Shown one piece after another: positions 36,176 through 45,384 of a stretch of DNA of 64,000 bases; within the stretch, counting starts at the first letter, position 1, and each line of letters starts with the position of its first letter. Both the position numbers and the translations under genes were made by a program. The notes beneath the pieces were generated by a model, which saw only the letters and a list, made by a program, of their open reading frames with translations, made no database searches and was not told the DNA's origin. Source of the DNA: Nitrososphaerota archaeon (GTDB taxonomy: Archaea; Thermoproteota; Nitrososphaeria; PSMU01); contig PSMU01000003.1 in assembly GCA_040290255.1 (NCBI GenBank), forward strand, positions 32,001 through 96,000, read 5' to 3'.

Positions 36176-37192
36176 CTAGCTGGACAGGAACATCCCCTGC
36201 AGCAGCGTCGGCGAGGGCACCCTGATGCCCGCTTCGGCCAGCTGGCGTTCGAGCAGCGATATGCGCGCATGCCTCGGGTGGCTATACTCCTCCAGCGAAA
36301 CCTCGACCGCCTTCGCGTCGAGCCCCACCAGCGCGCTATAGGGGGCATGATATCTCCCAGGCTCTGCCGCATAATCATCGAGCGCCCTTGCGTAGAGGTA
36401 GCTGACGCGTTCCAGGAGCTGCTCATCGAGCAGCTGCGAGGCGCCAAGAAGGCAGCAGACGTGCTCGGCCAGCTCAGAATAGCGAACCTCCCTAACATAG
36501 CCGCGGCCCACGAGCGAAGAGGCGTAGGGCTCCCATATCGAAACGGCGTCCACACGCCCTGCCTCCAAGAGGCGCATCAGCTCCTGGGGCCCCGAGCAAT
36601 AGGAGAGGGCCCTTAGCTTGGGAAGCACGCCGTGATTCACGGAGGTGGCCAGGAGCATCTCCATGGTCGAGAGCCTCGTGCAGGCGGCCCTGAGCGGCTG
36701 CCCTCGCCTGCGAGGATCCAGTATTACGCTCGCCCCTCCGGCCCCGGCCGGGGCTAAGGCCACCAGGGCCGCGCCCAGGCTGTAGAAGGTGAAGAAGGTG
36801 AGCAGGGGGGCGATGGCCAGCTGCAGGCGATGGGAGCTGAGGTCCTGCATCACATCGATGCCGTTATCGTAGACCCTCAATTGAACCGTGAAGCCCTCCT
36901 GCTTCAGCAGCTTCATCAACGGTACGATGTAGGGGTACTCCGCCGCCCTGACGAGGCCGAGGCGCAGCTCCTTGGGCCTGGCCTCCAGCCCCTCCCTCGA
37001 GCGCAGGTAGACCTTCACATTCCTGCCCCGGACCTCCCGGCCTATGAGGCCCTGCCTTGTAAGCTGCGCCAGGACCTCTGAAACCCTGGCCTTTGAGAGG
37101 CCCGAAGCCCTTACTAGGTCGGCCTGGTAGGCCTCGCCCAGCTCGCGCAGCAGCGCCAACAGGGCCTTTACCGCCCTGGCCCTTCTCGGCAA
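36176..37192 (-). CDS. Winged-HTH regulator fused to a type-2 periplasmic-binding (SsuA/NMT1-like) domain
   Basis: N-terminal QADLVRASGLSKARVSEVLAQL..GLI HTH. C-part LRLGLVRAAEY..VDAVSIWEPY..CC resembles PBP2. Confidence 0.7.
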   Translation of the reverse strand: MPRRARAVKALLALLRELGEAYQADLVRASGLSKARVSEVLAQLTRQGLIGREVRGRNVKVYLRSREGLEARPKELRLGLVRAAEYPYIVPLMKLLKQEGFTVQLRVYDNGIDVMQDLSSHRLQLAIAPLLTFFTFYSLGAALVALAPAGAGGASVILDPRRRGQPLRAACTRLSTMEMLLATSVNHGVLPKLRALSYCSGPQELMRLLEAGRVDAVSIWEPYASSLVGRGYVREVRYSELAEHVCCLLGASQLLDEQLLERVSYLYARALDDYAAEPGRYHAPYSALVGLDAKAVEVSLEEYSHPRHARISLLERQLAEAGIRVPSPTLLQGMFLSS

Positions 37193-37243
37193 GCTGTGCC
37201 AGTTGGGCCTGGCCGCTTATAGGGTTTATGAAGCCGGCCCCCG

Positions 37244-38470
37244 CTATGCGCTCTCCAGCACCACGGCGAAGCCCTGCCCCCCGCCCACGCAGGCGGTGGC
37301 CACCCCGTACCTTGCCCCTCGATCCCTGAGCGACCTGGCAAGCGTGCCCACCAGCCTGGCCCCCGTCGCGCCCAGGGGGTGGCCAATGGCTATTGCCCCG
37401 CCGTGCACGTTCACCCGGTCGATCTCGAGGCCCAGCTCCCTTATTGCGTACAGCACGACTACCGCGAAGGCCTCGTTGATCTCCCACAGGTCAATATCCT
37501 GCGGCCTTAACCCCGCCCTCTCCAAGGCCTTCCTGCTTGCCGGCACGTTGCCCTTGCCCATGACGCTCGGCGGGACGCCCGCCCACCCAAGGCCCCTGAC
37601 CTTGGCGAGCGGCGTGAGCCCATATTCCCTCACCTTCTTGCCCGACATGAGAAGCACGAGCGAGGCCCCCGCGTTGAAGGGGGAAGAGTTCCCCGCCGTC
37701 ACCCTTCCGTTGGGGAGGAAGGCGGGCCTCAGCTCGCCAAGCCTCTCGAGGCTGGTGTCGGGCCTTATGCCCTGGTCCCTGTCGACGAGCAGCTTCTTGC
37801 CCTCGACCTCCACCTCCACGGGCAGCAGCTCCTTCTTCAGCCATCCCTCCTCGGTCGCCCTGTGGGCCAGCATATGGCTCCTGAGCGCGAATTCATCCAT
37901 CTCCTGTCGGCCTATGCGCGCTTCCTCGGCCAGCCGCTCCGCCGTGAGGCCCATAAAGTAGCCCACGTTCATCTCCAGGTGGGCATAGGCGGGGTCGGTG
38001 AGGAGCCTAAAGCTGGGCTGTATGTGGGGGTTATCCACCATCGGCACGCGCGTCATATGCTCGTAGCCCCCCGCGAGGGCGATGGAGGCGTTGCCCGTCA
38101 TGATCTCCATGGCGGCGAGGGCGACGGCCTGAAGTGAGGAGGCGCACTGCCTCTCCACGCAGGCGGAGGGCACCTCGACGGGCAGGCCGGAGAGGAGCAC
38201 CATATGCCTGCCGCCGAAGCTCCAGTTCTCCGAGACGGGCAGCGCGCAGCCTACGAGCACGTCGTCTATCTCATGCGGCCTTATCGCGTTTCTCCGCACC
38301 ACTTCCCTGATCAGCAGGGCCAAGGCCTCGTCCATCCTCAGCCTGGAATAGACGTCCTTCTCGGGCTCCTTGGGCCTCGACCTGGAAAAGGGGATGCGCA
38401 AATAGTCGGCTATGTAGGCTTCCACCGCCTCAGTTAGCCCTAGTCGAAATTTATTCGTTTTGACAAGCAT
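37244..38470 (-). CDS. Acetyl-CoA C-acyltransferase (thiolase); start may be GTG 38425
   Basis: RQCASS, NEAF, GHPLGATG and CVGGGQG motifs. Confidence 0.95.
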   Translation of the reverse strand: MLVKTNKFRLGLTEAVEAYIADYLRIPFSRSRPKEPEKDVYSRLRMDEALALLIREVVRRNAIRPHEIDDVLVGCALPVSENWSFGGRHMVLLSGLPVEVPSACVERQCASSLQAVALAAMEIMTGNASIALAGGYEHMTRVPMVDNPHIQPSFRLLTDPAYAHLEMNVGYFMGLTAERLAEEARIGRQEMDEFALRSHMLAHRATEEGWLKKELLPVEVEVEGKKLLVDRDQGIRPDTSLERLGELRPAFLPNGRVTAGNSSPFNAGASLVLLMSGKKVREYGLTPLAKVRGLGWAGVPPSVMGKGNVPASRKALERAGLRPQDIDLWEINEAFAVVVLYAIRELGLEIDRVNVHGGAIAIGHPLGATGARLVGTLARSLRDRGARYGVATACVGGGQGFAVVLESA

Positions 38471-38496
38471 ATAACCCGGGCCTGCGGAGCTGCTGC

Positions 38497-39042
38497 ATGG
38501 CCATCAACCTAATCGCCACCACGCCTAGAGGGTTTGAGTATGAGGGCGCCTCCGAGCTGCTGGCGCTGCTGAGGGAGGCGGGCGACGAGAGCCCAAGGAT
38601 TGAAAGGAGCAAGGTGGCCGGCCTGCTGCTCTGTGAGACCGGCCTGCCCGTCTTCGAGGCGCTCTCCAAGATCGCGGAGCTCGTGCGCTCCGACCCCGGC
38701 AGGGTCAGGAGGCTTCAGCGCCTCATACCGGTGGAGAAGGTGGTAAGGAGCGAGCTGGAGGATATAGCGAGGGCGGCGCAGGAGCTGGCCTCTAGGATTG
38801 AAGAGGGCGCCACCTACAGGGTGACGGTGGAGAAAAGGTTCACGGCCCTCTCCTCACGCGAAATAATAGAGAGGATCGCCTCGGGGATTAAGAGGAAGGT
38901 GAGCCTGGAGAGGCCGGACTGGGTGGTGCTGGTGGAGGTCATAGGGGGCCTGACCGCCATCTCCGTGATAAGGCCCGAGCAGGTGCTTAACCTGAGGAGG
39001 ATGGCCGAGGAGCAGGGAGAGGCAGCTACCGCGAAGGGCTAG
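38497..39042 (+). CDS. THUMP-domain RNA-binding protein
   Basis: TYRVTVEKR..KVSLERPDWVVLVEV THUMP pattern. Confidence 0.85.
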   Translation: MAINLIATTPRGFEYEGASELLALLREAGDESPRIERSKVAGLLLCETGLPVFEALSKIAELVRSDPGRVRRLQRLIPVEKVVRSELEDIARAAQELASRIEEGATYRVTVEKRFTALSSREIIERIASGIKRKVSLERPDWVVLVEVIGGLTAISVIRPEQVLNLRRMAEEQGEAATAKG

Positions 39043-39874
39043 GCGCCCTGTATCGCACCTCTTTTCCCTCCCAGATCGCCCTGTCGCCCCAGAGCCCCAG
39101 CCTCCAGGCGTTGAACTCCACCACCTGGCTGTGGTCTATGAAGACGTTCACATCGCGGCCCACATGCTTCAGGTACCATTTGAAGACGGGGGGTTCCGCG
39201 GCCTCGAACATCCACCTTTCATAGCCGAAGCGGTCGACCAGGGCCCTTATTTCGGCCAGCTTCCACTGGGAGGGAGGGAGTCCCTCCGTGACCCCTTCCG
39301 ACTCCAGCATGAGCATCTCGGCGCCCGCCCTCAGGTGCAGCGCCGCCTCCTTGATGACGTCATCAAGGCCCCTGAACTTGGCCTCCTCCGCATAGCCCAC
39401 GACCTCGGTTCCGGCCCCTGCGCCGAGCATAAACGTAATCTCCGGCTTGGGCTTCAGGCCACGCCTCTTCACCTCCTTGACGATCTCCACCTTATCCTCC
39501 AGCGGGATGGGGGCCAGGCCGCTCGAGACCTCCACCACGTCGAAGCCAAGGGCCTTGCACTCCTCGATGTACCTATCCACGGCCTCTGGGCCCTGGACGA
39601 TGACCCTCTCCACGAACCCGCCCGTCGATACGTAGAGCCCGTGGTCGTGGCAGAGGGAGGTGATGGCCTTGACCTTATCCCTATCCAGGAGCCTCATGGA
39701 ACCCCCCGCGAACTTGTATCCATCTATGTATTCTGCCCAGTCCTCCAGCAGGGCCTTCAGGTACCCATAGGTGACCGGCGTGTAGTAGGGGCCCCTGATC
39801 TCGACGATGCCCCTCCTCCTGGGCTTGGGCGGCAGCTCCTCCAGCTTCACGAACGAGAAGGCCTTCTCGCCCAT
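39026..39874 (-). CDS. Phosphosulfolactate synthase (ComA/HSA32-like)
   Basis: KPRRRG..EIRGPYY, KFAGGS, GFDVVEVSSG, MFEAA and VFIDHSQ. Confidence 0.82.
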   Translation of the reverse strand: MGEKAFSFVKLEELPPKPRRRGIVEIRGPYYTPVTYGYLKALLEDWAEYIDGYKFAGGSMRLLDRDKVKAITSLCHDHGLYVSTGGFVERVIVQGPEAVDRYIEECKALGFDVVEVSSGLAPIPLEDKVEIVKEVKRRGLKPKPEITFMLGAGAGTEVVGYAEEAKFRGLDDVIKEAALHLRAGAEMLMLESEGVTEGLPPSQWKLAEIRALVDRFGYERWMFEAAEPPVFKWYLKHVGRDVNVFIDHSQVVEFNAWRLGLWGDRAIWEGKEVRYRAPSPSR

Positions 39875-39912
39875 GATGGCGGGGCCTCATGGGGGATAAA
39901 AAGCTTTGTCGC

Positions 39913-40056
39913 TTAGCTTGCGTATTTATTGGGCTCTCGGTCGAAGGAGGCCTTGCAGGAGGCGGAGCAGAAGTAATACTTCTTGCCGGCATGCTCCGAA
40001 GAGAACCTGGCTCTCCTCTCATCCACCATCATGCCGCAGACCGGGTCCTTGACCAT
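39913..40056 (-). CDS. 47-aa YHS/TRASH metal chaperone (not in the ORF track)
   Basis: Translates to MVKDPVCGMMVDERRARFSSEHAGKKYYFCSASCKASFDREPNKYAS*. Confidence 0.92.
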   Translation of the reverse strand: MVKDPVCGMMVDERRARFSSEHAGKKYYFCSASCKASFDREPNKYAS

Positions 40057-40126
40057 GGCCCGCGCTGGGCATGCCCGCTAAAAAGGCTTCTGTCAAACAG
40101 AAATACCAGGGCCCCGCCCTATAGGC

Positions 40127-40654
40127 GTGAAGCAGGGGCAGACGGAGGTCAGGTCCTTCAGGCTCGGCGCGGAGCTGCTGAGGGCGCTCGAGGAGGAGGC
40201 CGCTAAGCTCAGGATGAGCGTGAACGCGCTGGTGAGCAGGCTGGTGACCACGTTCGTGGAGTACGAACGTTACGCCAGGGGGTTTGGGCTCGTAAGGTTG
40301 CCCGCGCCGGTGCTGCGGTACCTGTTGGAGCAGGCGCCCGATGAGGCGGTCATAAGGGCGGCGAAGCTGGCAGGGCAGGAGGTGCCGGAGGCGCTGATCA
40401 GGGCCAAGCTGGGCCCCATGAGCCCACAGGCCGCGCTCGCACACCTGCGGGAGCTGGGGCCCTTCTCGGGGCTCTACGAGTATTCGGAGGGCGCAAGGGG
40501 GCAGTCCAGGACCATAGCCCTGACCCATGGCCTGGGCCTAAAGGGCTCGCTCTTCATAGCCCACTATGCGCAGGCCCTCCTAGAGGGCGCGGGCCTTCAG
40601 GCCATCTTCTCGATAGGCGAGCATGCCGTGCTGCTGGAGCTCAGGGAGCAGTAG
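40127..40654 (+). CDS. Ribbon-helix-helix DNA-binding protein with C-terminal putative ligand-binding domain
   Basis: VRSFRL..L...LEEEA....MSVNALVSRLV RHH pattern. Confidence 0.7.
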   Translation: MKQGQTEVRSFRLGAELLRALEEEAAKLRMSVNALVSRLVTTFVEYERYARGFGLVRLPAPVLRYLLEQAPDEAVIRAAKLAGQEVPEALIRAKLGPMSPQAALAHLRELGPFSGLYEYSEGARGQSRTIALTHGLGLKGSLFIAHYAQALLEGAGLQAIFSIGEHAVLLELREQ

Positions 40655-40749
40655 CACAATGTGTTAGAGCGTGCGCGCACGGCATAAATACGCGTGGAGC
40701 CGCCTTCTATCCCGATTCATCACATGAAGCTTTGCGGAGGTGAGGGGGC

Positions 40750-42807
40750 ACGGCCAAGGACCTGATCTGCGGCATGTACGTCGATGAGGAAAGGACGCCC
40801 TATAAGGCGAGGAGGGGGCAGAGGGTGTACTATTTCTGCAGCGCGGGCTGCCTAAGGGCCTTTGAGGCGCCCTATCAGGAGCTGAGGACGCTGCGCTGGC
40901 TTGCCGCCCTGAGCGCCGGCCTGGCCATCCCTATTCTGGCCCTGACGTACCTGAACCCTTCGCTGCCCCTCCTGCCCCGCGAGATATGGCTCTTCATCCT
41001 GGCCCTGCCCGTGCAGGCCGTGGCCGGCCTTCCCTTCTACAGGGGCGCTTTGGATGCGGTAAGGGCGAGGGCCGCCAACATGGATACTCTTATAGCGCTG
41101 GGCACCAGCGCGGCCTTCCTGTACAGCGCGCTCGCAACCTTCGCGCCCTCCGTCTCCGGAGCCCAGGGCCTTTACTATGACGTCTCGGCGGCAATAATAG
41201 CGCTCATCTTGATAGGAAGGCTGGCCGAGAGGAGCGCGAAGCGAAGGGCCTCGGAGGCGATAGCCAGGCTCATGGAGCTCCAGCCCTCCGTAGCGCGCGT
41301 AATCAGGGAGGGAAGGGAGGTGGAGGTGCCCGTCGAGGAGGTGAACGCCGGCGAGCTCGTGGTCGTGAGGGCGGGCGAAAGGATACCCGTGGACGGGGTC
41401 GTGGTGGAGGGGTACGCGGCCGTGGACCAGGCGGCCATGACGGGCGAAAGCGTGCTCGCAGAGAAGAAGCCAGGGGATAGGGTGCTGGCCGCGACCGTGA
41501 ACCTCTCGGGCCTGCTTAAGGTCAGGGCGGAGAGGGTGGGCCAGGACACGGCCTTCGCGGAAGTGATAAGGACGGTCCAAGCCGCCCAGCTGTCCAGCGT
41601 TAGGGTACAGAGGCTGGCGGACAGGATCTCGGCCTACTTCGTTCCCGCGGTCATGGCCATCGCGGCGGGCTCCGCGCTGGGCTGGAGGCTGGCGGGCATG
41701 AGCCCGAGCTTCGCGCTGCTGGTGGGCGTGGCCGTGCTGATTATAGCCTGTCCCTGCGCGCTGGGCATCGCCACGCCGGCAGCGCTGGTGGTGGGCCTGG
41801 GAAGGGCTGCCCAGGCCGGCATCATAATAAGGGAGCCCGAGCAGCTAGAGAGGCTGCACAACATTACCACGCTGATCTTGGACAAGACGGGCACGCTGAC
41901 GCGAGGAAGGCCCAGGGTCACCGCCGTGCACGAAGCCAGCGATGAAGGAAGCAGGGCCGCCGCCGCAATGGCCTCGGCTTCTTCCCACCCCCTCTCTAAG
42001 GCGATAGCGCTCTGGGCCCAGGGCCTGGGCCTACAGGAGGATCCGGCCGAGGGCGTGGAGGAGGTGCCCGGCAGGGGGCTGAGGGGGAGGTGGAGGGGTA
42101 AGGAAGTCCTGCTGGGCAACTTGAGGTTCATGAAGGAGCAGGGCATCGCGCTAGGCCCGCTGGAAGCGGTGGCCGAGGGCCTGCAGGAGAGGGGCATGAC
42201 GCCCGTCTGCGTGGCCGTCGAGGGGCGGCCGGCGCTGCTGCTGGGGCTGGAGGATGAGCTCAGGGAGGGGGCGGAGGAGGCGGTAAGGGAGCTCAGGCGC
42301 AGGGGGCTGGAGCTCCTGCTCGTCACGGGCGATGAGGAGAGGGTCGCGAGGGCCGTGGCGAAGAGGCTTGGGATAGAAGGCTATGTAGCGGGCGTGCTGC
42401 CCGCTGACAAGGCGGCCCTGATAAGGAGGCTTCAGGCGCAGGGGAAGAGGGTGGCCATGGCGGGCGACGGCATCAACGATGCGCCGGCCCTCGCGCAGGC
42501 CGACGTAGGAATAGCCATGGGGGATGCCTCGGACATAGCGAAGGAGGCGGGGGGCATAGTGCTGGTGCGCAGCGACCCGAGGGATATCGTGAGGGCGATC
42601 GATTTAGGCAGGAAGATCATGGGCAAGATTAGGCAGAACCTCTTCTGGGCCTTCGCGTATAACGTGGCGCTCATACCCGTGGCGGCGGGCGCGCTATATC
42701 CTCTCTTCGGCCTGCTGCTGAGCCCCATCCTTGCCGCGGCGGCGATGGCCCTAAGCTCGATAACGGTGGTCACCAACTCGCTGTCGCTGCAACGGTTGAA
42801 GGTCTAG
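40750..42807 (+). CDS. copA: Cu(I)-transporting P1B ATPase with N-terminal YHS domain; apparent ACG start
   Basis: (T)AKDLICGM..YYFCSAGC, TGE, CPC, DKTGT, HP, GDGINDAPAL, YN and MALSS. SD GGAGGTGA at 40736-40743. Confidence 0.92.
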   Translation, partial: TAKDLICGMYVDEERTPYKARRGQRVYYFCSAGCLRAFEAPYQELRTLRWLAALSAGLAIPILALTYLNPSLPLLPREIWLFILALPVQAVAGLPFYRGALDAVRARAANMDTLIALGTSAAFLYSALATFAPSVSGAQGLYYDVSAAIIALILIGRLAERSAKRRASEAIARLMELQPSVARVIREGREVEVPVEEVNAGELVVVRAGERIPVDGVVVEGYAAVDQAAMTGESVLAEKKPGDRVLAATVNLSGLLKVRAERVGQDTAFAEVIRTVQAAQLSSVRVQRLADRISAYFVPAVMAIAAGSALGWRLAGMSPSFALLVGVAVLIIACPCALGIATPAALVVGLGRAAQAGIIIREPEQLERLHNITTLILDKTGTLTRGRPRVTAVHEASDEGSRAAAAMASASSHPLSKAIALWAQGLGLQEDPAEGVEEVPGRGLRGRWRGKEVLLGNLRFMKEQGIALGPLEAVAEGLQERGMTPVCVAVEGRPALLLGLEDELREGAEEAVRELRRRGLELLLVTGDEERVARAVAKRLGIEGYVAGVLPADKAALIRRLQAQGKRVAMAGDGINDAPALAQADVGIAMGDASDIAKEAGGIVLVRSDPRDIVRAIDLGRKIMGKIRQNLFWAFAYNVALIPVAAGALYPLFGLLLSPILAAAAMALSSITVVTNSLSLQRLKV

Positions 42808-42844
42808 CCTCAAGCTTTTATGGGACACCGGCGCCGGCAGGGCC

Positions 42845-43141
42845 GTGAGGTGGACCAAGGCGGGTGCCCTGGGCCTGGCATGTTCCCTGCTGGGCCTTGG
42901 CCTCCTCCTCTTCACCTTCTCGCTGGCCTATGCGCTCTTCAGGGCCTACCAGCTGCTTCAGCCCTCCTCCGACCTGGGCCCTTCGATGGGGACGCTGCTG
43001 CATGCGGCCGTGCAGGCGCTCTTCTTAGGAATCCTCGGCTGGACGGGCTCCCTCTTGATGCTCAGGGGCGTCGATTACCTGAAGGTGGATAGGGAGGCTG
43101 GCATCATGGCGGCGGGCAAGCAAGAAGGGAAATCCTCGTAG
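42845..43141 (+). CDS. Two-TM hypothetical membrane protein
   Basis: Two hydrophobic segments; TATA-like TTTTA upstream; first gene of a tight three-gene unit. Confidence 0.6.
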   Translation: MRWTKAGALGLACSLLGLGLLLFTFSLAYALFRAYQLLQPSSDLGPSMGTLLHAAVQALFLGILGWTGSLLMLRGVDYLKVDREAGIMAAGKQEGKSS

Positions 43142-43144
43142 GGC

Positions 43145-43933
43145 TTGGCCTCTCCTTTAAAGGGAGCGACGGGGGCCATAGGCCTTGCCCTGGTGCTCTT
43201 ATCGCTCACGGCGCTGGTGACGGCGGGCTACTCGCTTTATGCGGAGTTCAGGGCCCTGGCGCAGGCTCCAGCCTTTACGCTGCGCCAAGAGAGCGAGGCG
43301 GGGAAGCTGGCGCTGGTGCTCTCGGGCGACCTGCCCAACGCCGGGCTATATCCTCTGGCGGGCTCCCTCGCCCTGGCGCTGCGCGTGGGGCAAGAGCCGC
43401 TGGCGCTTGCGGCGCCCGCCCCCTTCGAAATAGCGCCCGGCTCCAGAGGGGCCGTGAGCGCGCGGCTCACCCTTGAGCCCTTCTCGGTAGGCAACGAGAG
43501 CCTTCTCAGGAGGCTGCTGCTGAACGGCACGACGGCCCTGTTCCTGGCTAACCTGAGCCTGACGCTGAGGCCCCTCGCCTCGGCGCAGGTCAGCATAGCC
43601 AGGCCCACATCCCTTCCGCCCGCGATGGGGAACCTGAGCGTGGGCCGGCCCACGCTCTCGCTGGAGGGGGGTAGGATCGTAATCAGCATACCAGTCGCCT
43701 TCAGGAACTATACGCCGCTGACGTACACGGCCTCGCTCTCCTGCGCGCTCTCGATGCAGGGAAGCGTGCTGGGCCTCTGTGAGCCCGTGACCGTAGAGGC
43801 CCCTGCGGGCCAAGGCGTTGCGCTCGTGCTGAGGCTTTCCTTGATGCGCGAGCCGTCGCCGCCCTATCTCTTAGAACTTCATGTGCGCGTCGGCCAAAGG
43901 GAGCTCCTCATCCCCGTTCAGGTGAGCGGCTGA
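43145..43933 (+). CDS. Membrane-anchored beta-rich (LEA_2/Ig-like) hypothetical protein
   Basis: N-terminal TM helix and two alternating-strand repeats with N-x-G/T motifs. Confidence 0.55.
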   Translation: MASPLKGATGAIGLALVLLSLTALVTAGYSLYAEFRALAQAPAFTLRQESEAGKLALVLSGDLPNAGLYPLAGSLALALRVGQEPLALAAPAPFEIAPGSRGAVSARLTLEPFSVGNESLLRRLLLNGTTALFLANLSLTLRPLASAQVSIARPTSLPPAMGNLSVGRPTLSLEGGRIVISIPVAFRNYTPLTYTASLSCALSMQGSVLGLCEPVTVEAPAGQGVALVLRLSLMREPSPPYLLELHVRVGQRELLIPVQVSG

Positions 43934-44346
43934 TGGCCTGGCGCCGGGGCCTGGCGGGCAGGGCAACGAGGGCCCTGCTCTCGCTGGCCTTCAATGTCCT
44001 GCTCTGGCTTTACCTGCCCAGGCTTTATGTGGGCCAGCTGGGCCAGGCCCTGGGCCAGGAGCTGCTGCCCTCAAGCCTGCTCTTGGCCTTCGGGCTCGGC
44101 ATCGCGGCGCTCCATGCGGCCGCGAAGGTGCTAGAGGGCCACGGACTCTCGCCCCTGCTCAGCTCGGGGGCCTACCTCGCCTCCTCCTACTTCACATACC
44201 TCCTGGCCCATGGGGGCAGGATCGAGCTGGCCCAGCAGGGGCTACAGCTGAGGCTAGATTACTCGCCTCTCCTGTGGCTTCTTCTTCTGCCACAGCTCTA
44301 CGGCGCCGTCCGGGCCCCGCTGCTCTACCTCCTAAGCGAGGAGTAG
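43933..44346 (+). CDS. Hypothetical membrane protein
   Basis: Four hydrophobic segments; TGATG overlap. Confidence 0.6.
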   Translation: MAWRRGLAGRATRALLSLAFNVLLWLYLPRLYVGQLGQALGQELLPSSLLLAFGLGIAALHAAAKVLEGHGLSPLLSSGAYLASSYFTYLLAHGGRIELAQQGLQLRLDYSPLLWLLLLPQLYGAVRAPLLYLLSEE

Positions 44347-44376
44347 CGCGGCATGCCCAGGGGCCAGCGCCATCGG

Positions 44377-45147
44377 CTACGCATCGTAGGCTTCGGGCCT
44401 GCGCTCCCCCAGCCTCTCCTGTCTAAGGTGCCGAAGGGCGGCAGGGTTCACTTCGGCGAGCAGGATCCCCTTGCCATCCGGCATGACGTGCTTCTTTAGC
44501 AGCATGACCCCCTCCTGCTCATCGTAGTAGAGGTCCACGATGATGCTCCTGCCGATAAAGAGCGGAGGAGCATAGGCGTTGGGCGCCACGACGGGCACGC
44601 GGTTTTCCAGTGCCCGGGCCATTACATAGATGTGCCAGGGCTCCGTGCCCCTGCGCACGATCAGCGAGGGCACGAGCAGCAGCTCCGCGCCCTTGAGCGC
44701 GAGGGCCCTGGCGCTCTCCGGGAAGACTACGTCATGACAGACCAGCACTCCCGCCCTTATGCCATCGACCTCGAGCAGTTCATAGCCCGAGCCAGGCGCC
44801 GCCAGCTCCCTCTCGCGCCCGTATAGGTGGACCTTGGCCTGTCGGCCTATGAGCGTGCCCTTTGGCGAGAGCGTCGGGCTCACGAAGCGCACGGGATTGC
44901 CCGCTTCGTACAAACCGCCCAGGTTGATGTAGAGGCCCAGCTCCGCCGCCAGCTCCGAGAAGGCCTTGTAGAGCTCGCCCGAGGGCTCGATCACGTGGGA
45001 GGCCAGCCAGTGCTCCGGCAGGCAGACCAGCCTGGCTCCCTGGCGGGCCGCTTCGCGCACCAGGGCCTCGGCTTCCTTTATTCCCTGCTCACGGGAGGCC
45101 TGATGCACGCCCATCTGGACGGCGGCGATGCGCAGGGGGCCGTCCAA
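44377..45147 (-). CDS. Carbon-nitrogen hydrolase (nitrilase family)
   Basis: LPE, KVHL and CHDVVFPE catalytic triad; RALEN. Confidence 0.9.
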   Translation of the reverse strand: MDGPLRIAAVQMGVHQASREQGIKEAEALVREAARQGARLVCLPEHWLASHVIEPSGELYKAFSELAAELGLYINLGGLYEAGNPVRFVSPTLSPKGTLIGRQAKVHLYGRERELAAPGSGYELLEVDGIRAGVLVCHDVVFPESARALALKGAELLLVPSLIVRRGTEPWHIYVMARALENRVPVVAPNAYAPPLFIGRSIIVDLYYDEQEGVMLLKKHVMPDGKGILLAEVNPAALRHLRQERLGERRPEAYDA

Positions 45148-45198
45148 GCTCTGAGGGCCTTGAGGCGACCGCTAAAAAGCCTTGCCGTGTCCCATGAG

Positions 45199-45384
45199 CT
45201 ACAGCGTGTGAGTCAGGCAGATATCGTTGCAGGCCCTGCAGAAGACCTGCTCATAGCCCAGGGCGTTGGTGCGCTTCTCATGCTCGTCCAGCGCGTGCGC
45301 GCAGTTACAGCGGGAGCAGGTGCACTTGGGCGCCTCTGCCTCTTGGCTCACCTCCTGCCTCTTCCTCCCTAAGATTTTAAACAT
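45199..45384 (-). CDS. 61-aa Cys/His-rich putative zinc-finger protein
   Basis: CTCSRCNCAH..EH..FCRACNDIC; TGATG overlap with the upstream gene. Confidence 0.6.
   Translation of the reverse strand: MFKILGRKRQEVSQEAEAPKCTCSRCNCAHALDEHEKRTNALGYEQVFCRACNDICLTHTL

Noticed and set aside
39026-39874. ComA as evidence of coenzyme M synthesis or methanogenesis
   Set aside because: It resembles the HSA32-like subfamily found in non-methanogens, and no comB-E genes are in the window.
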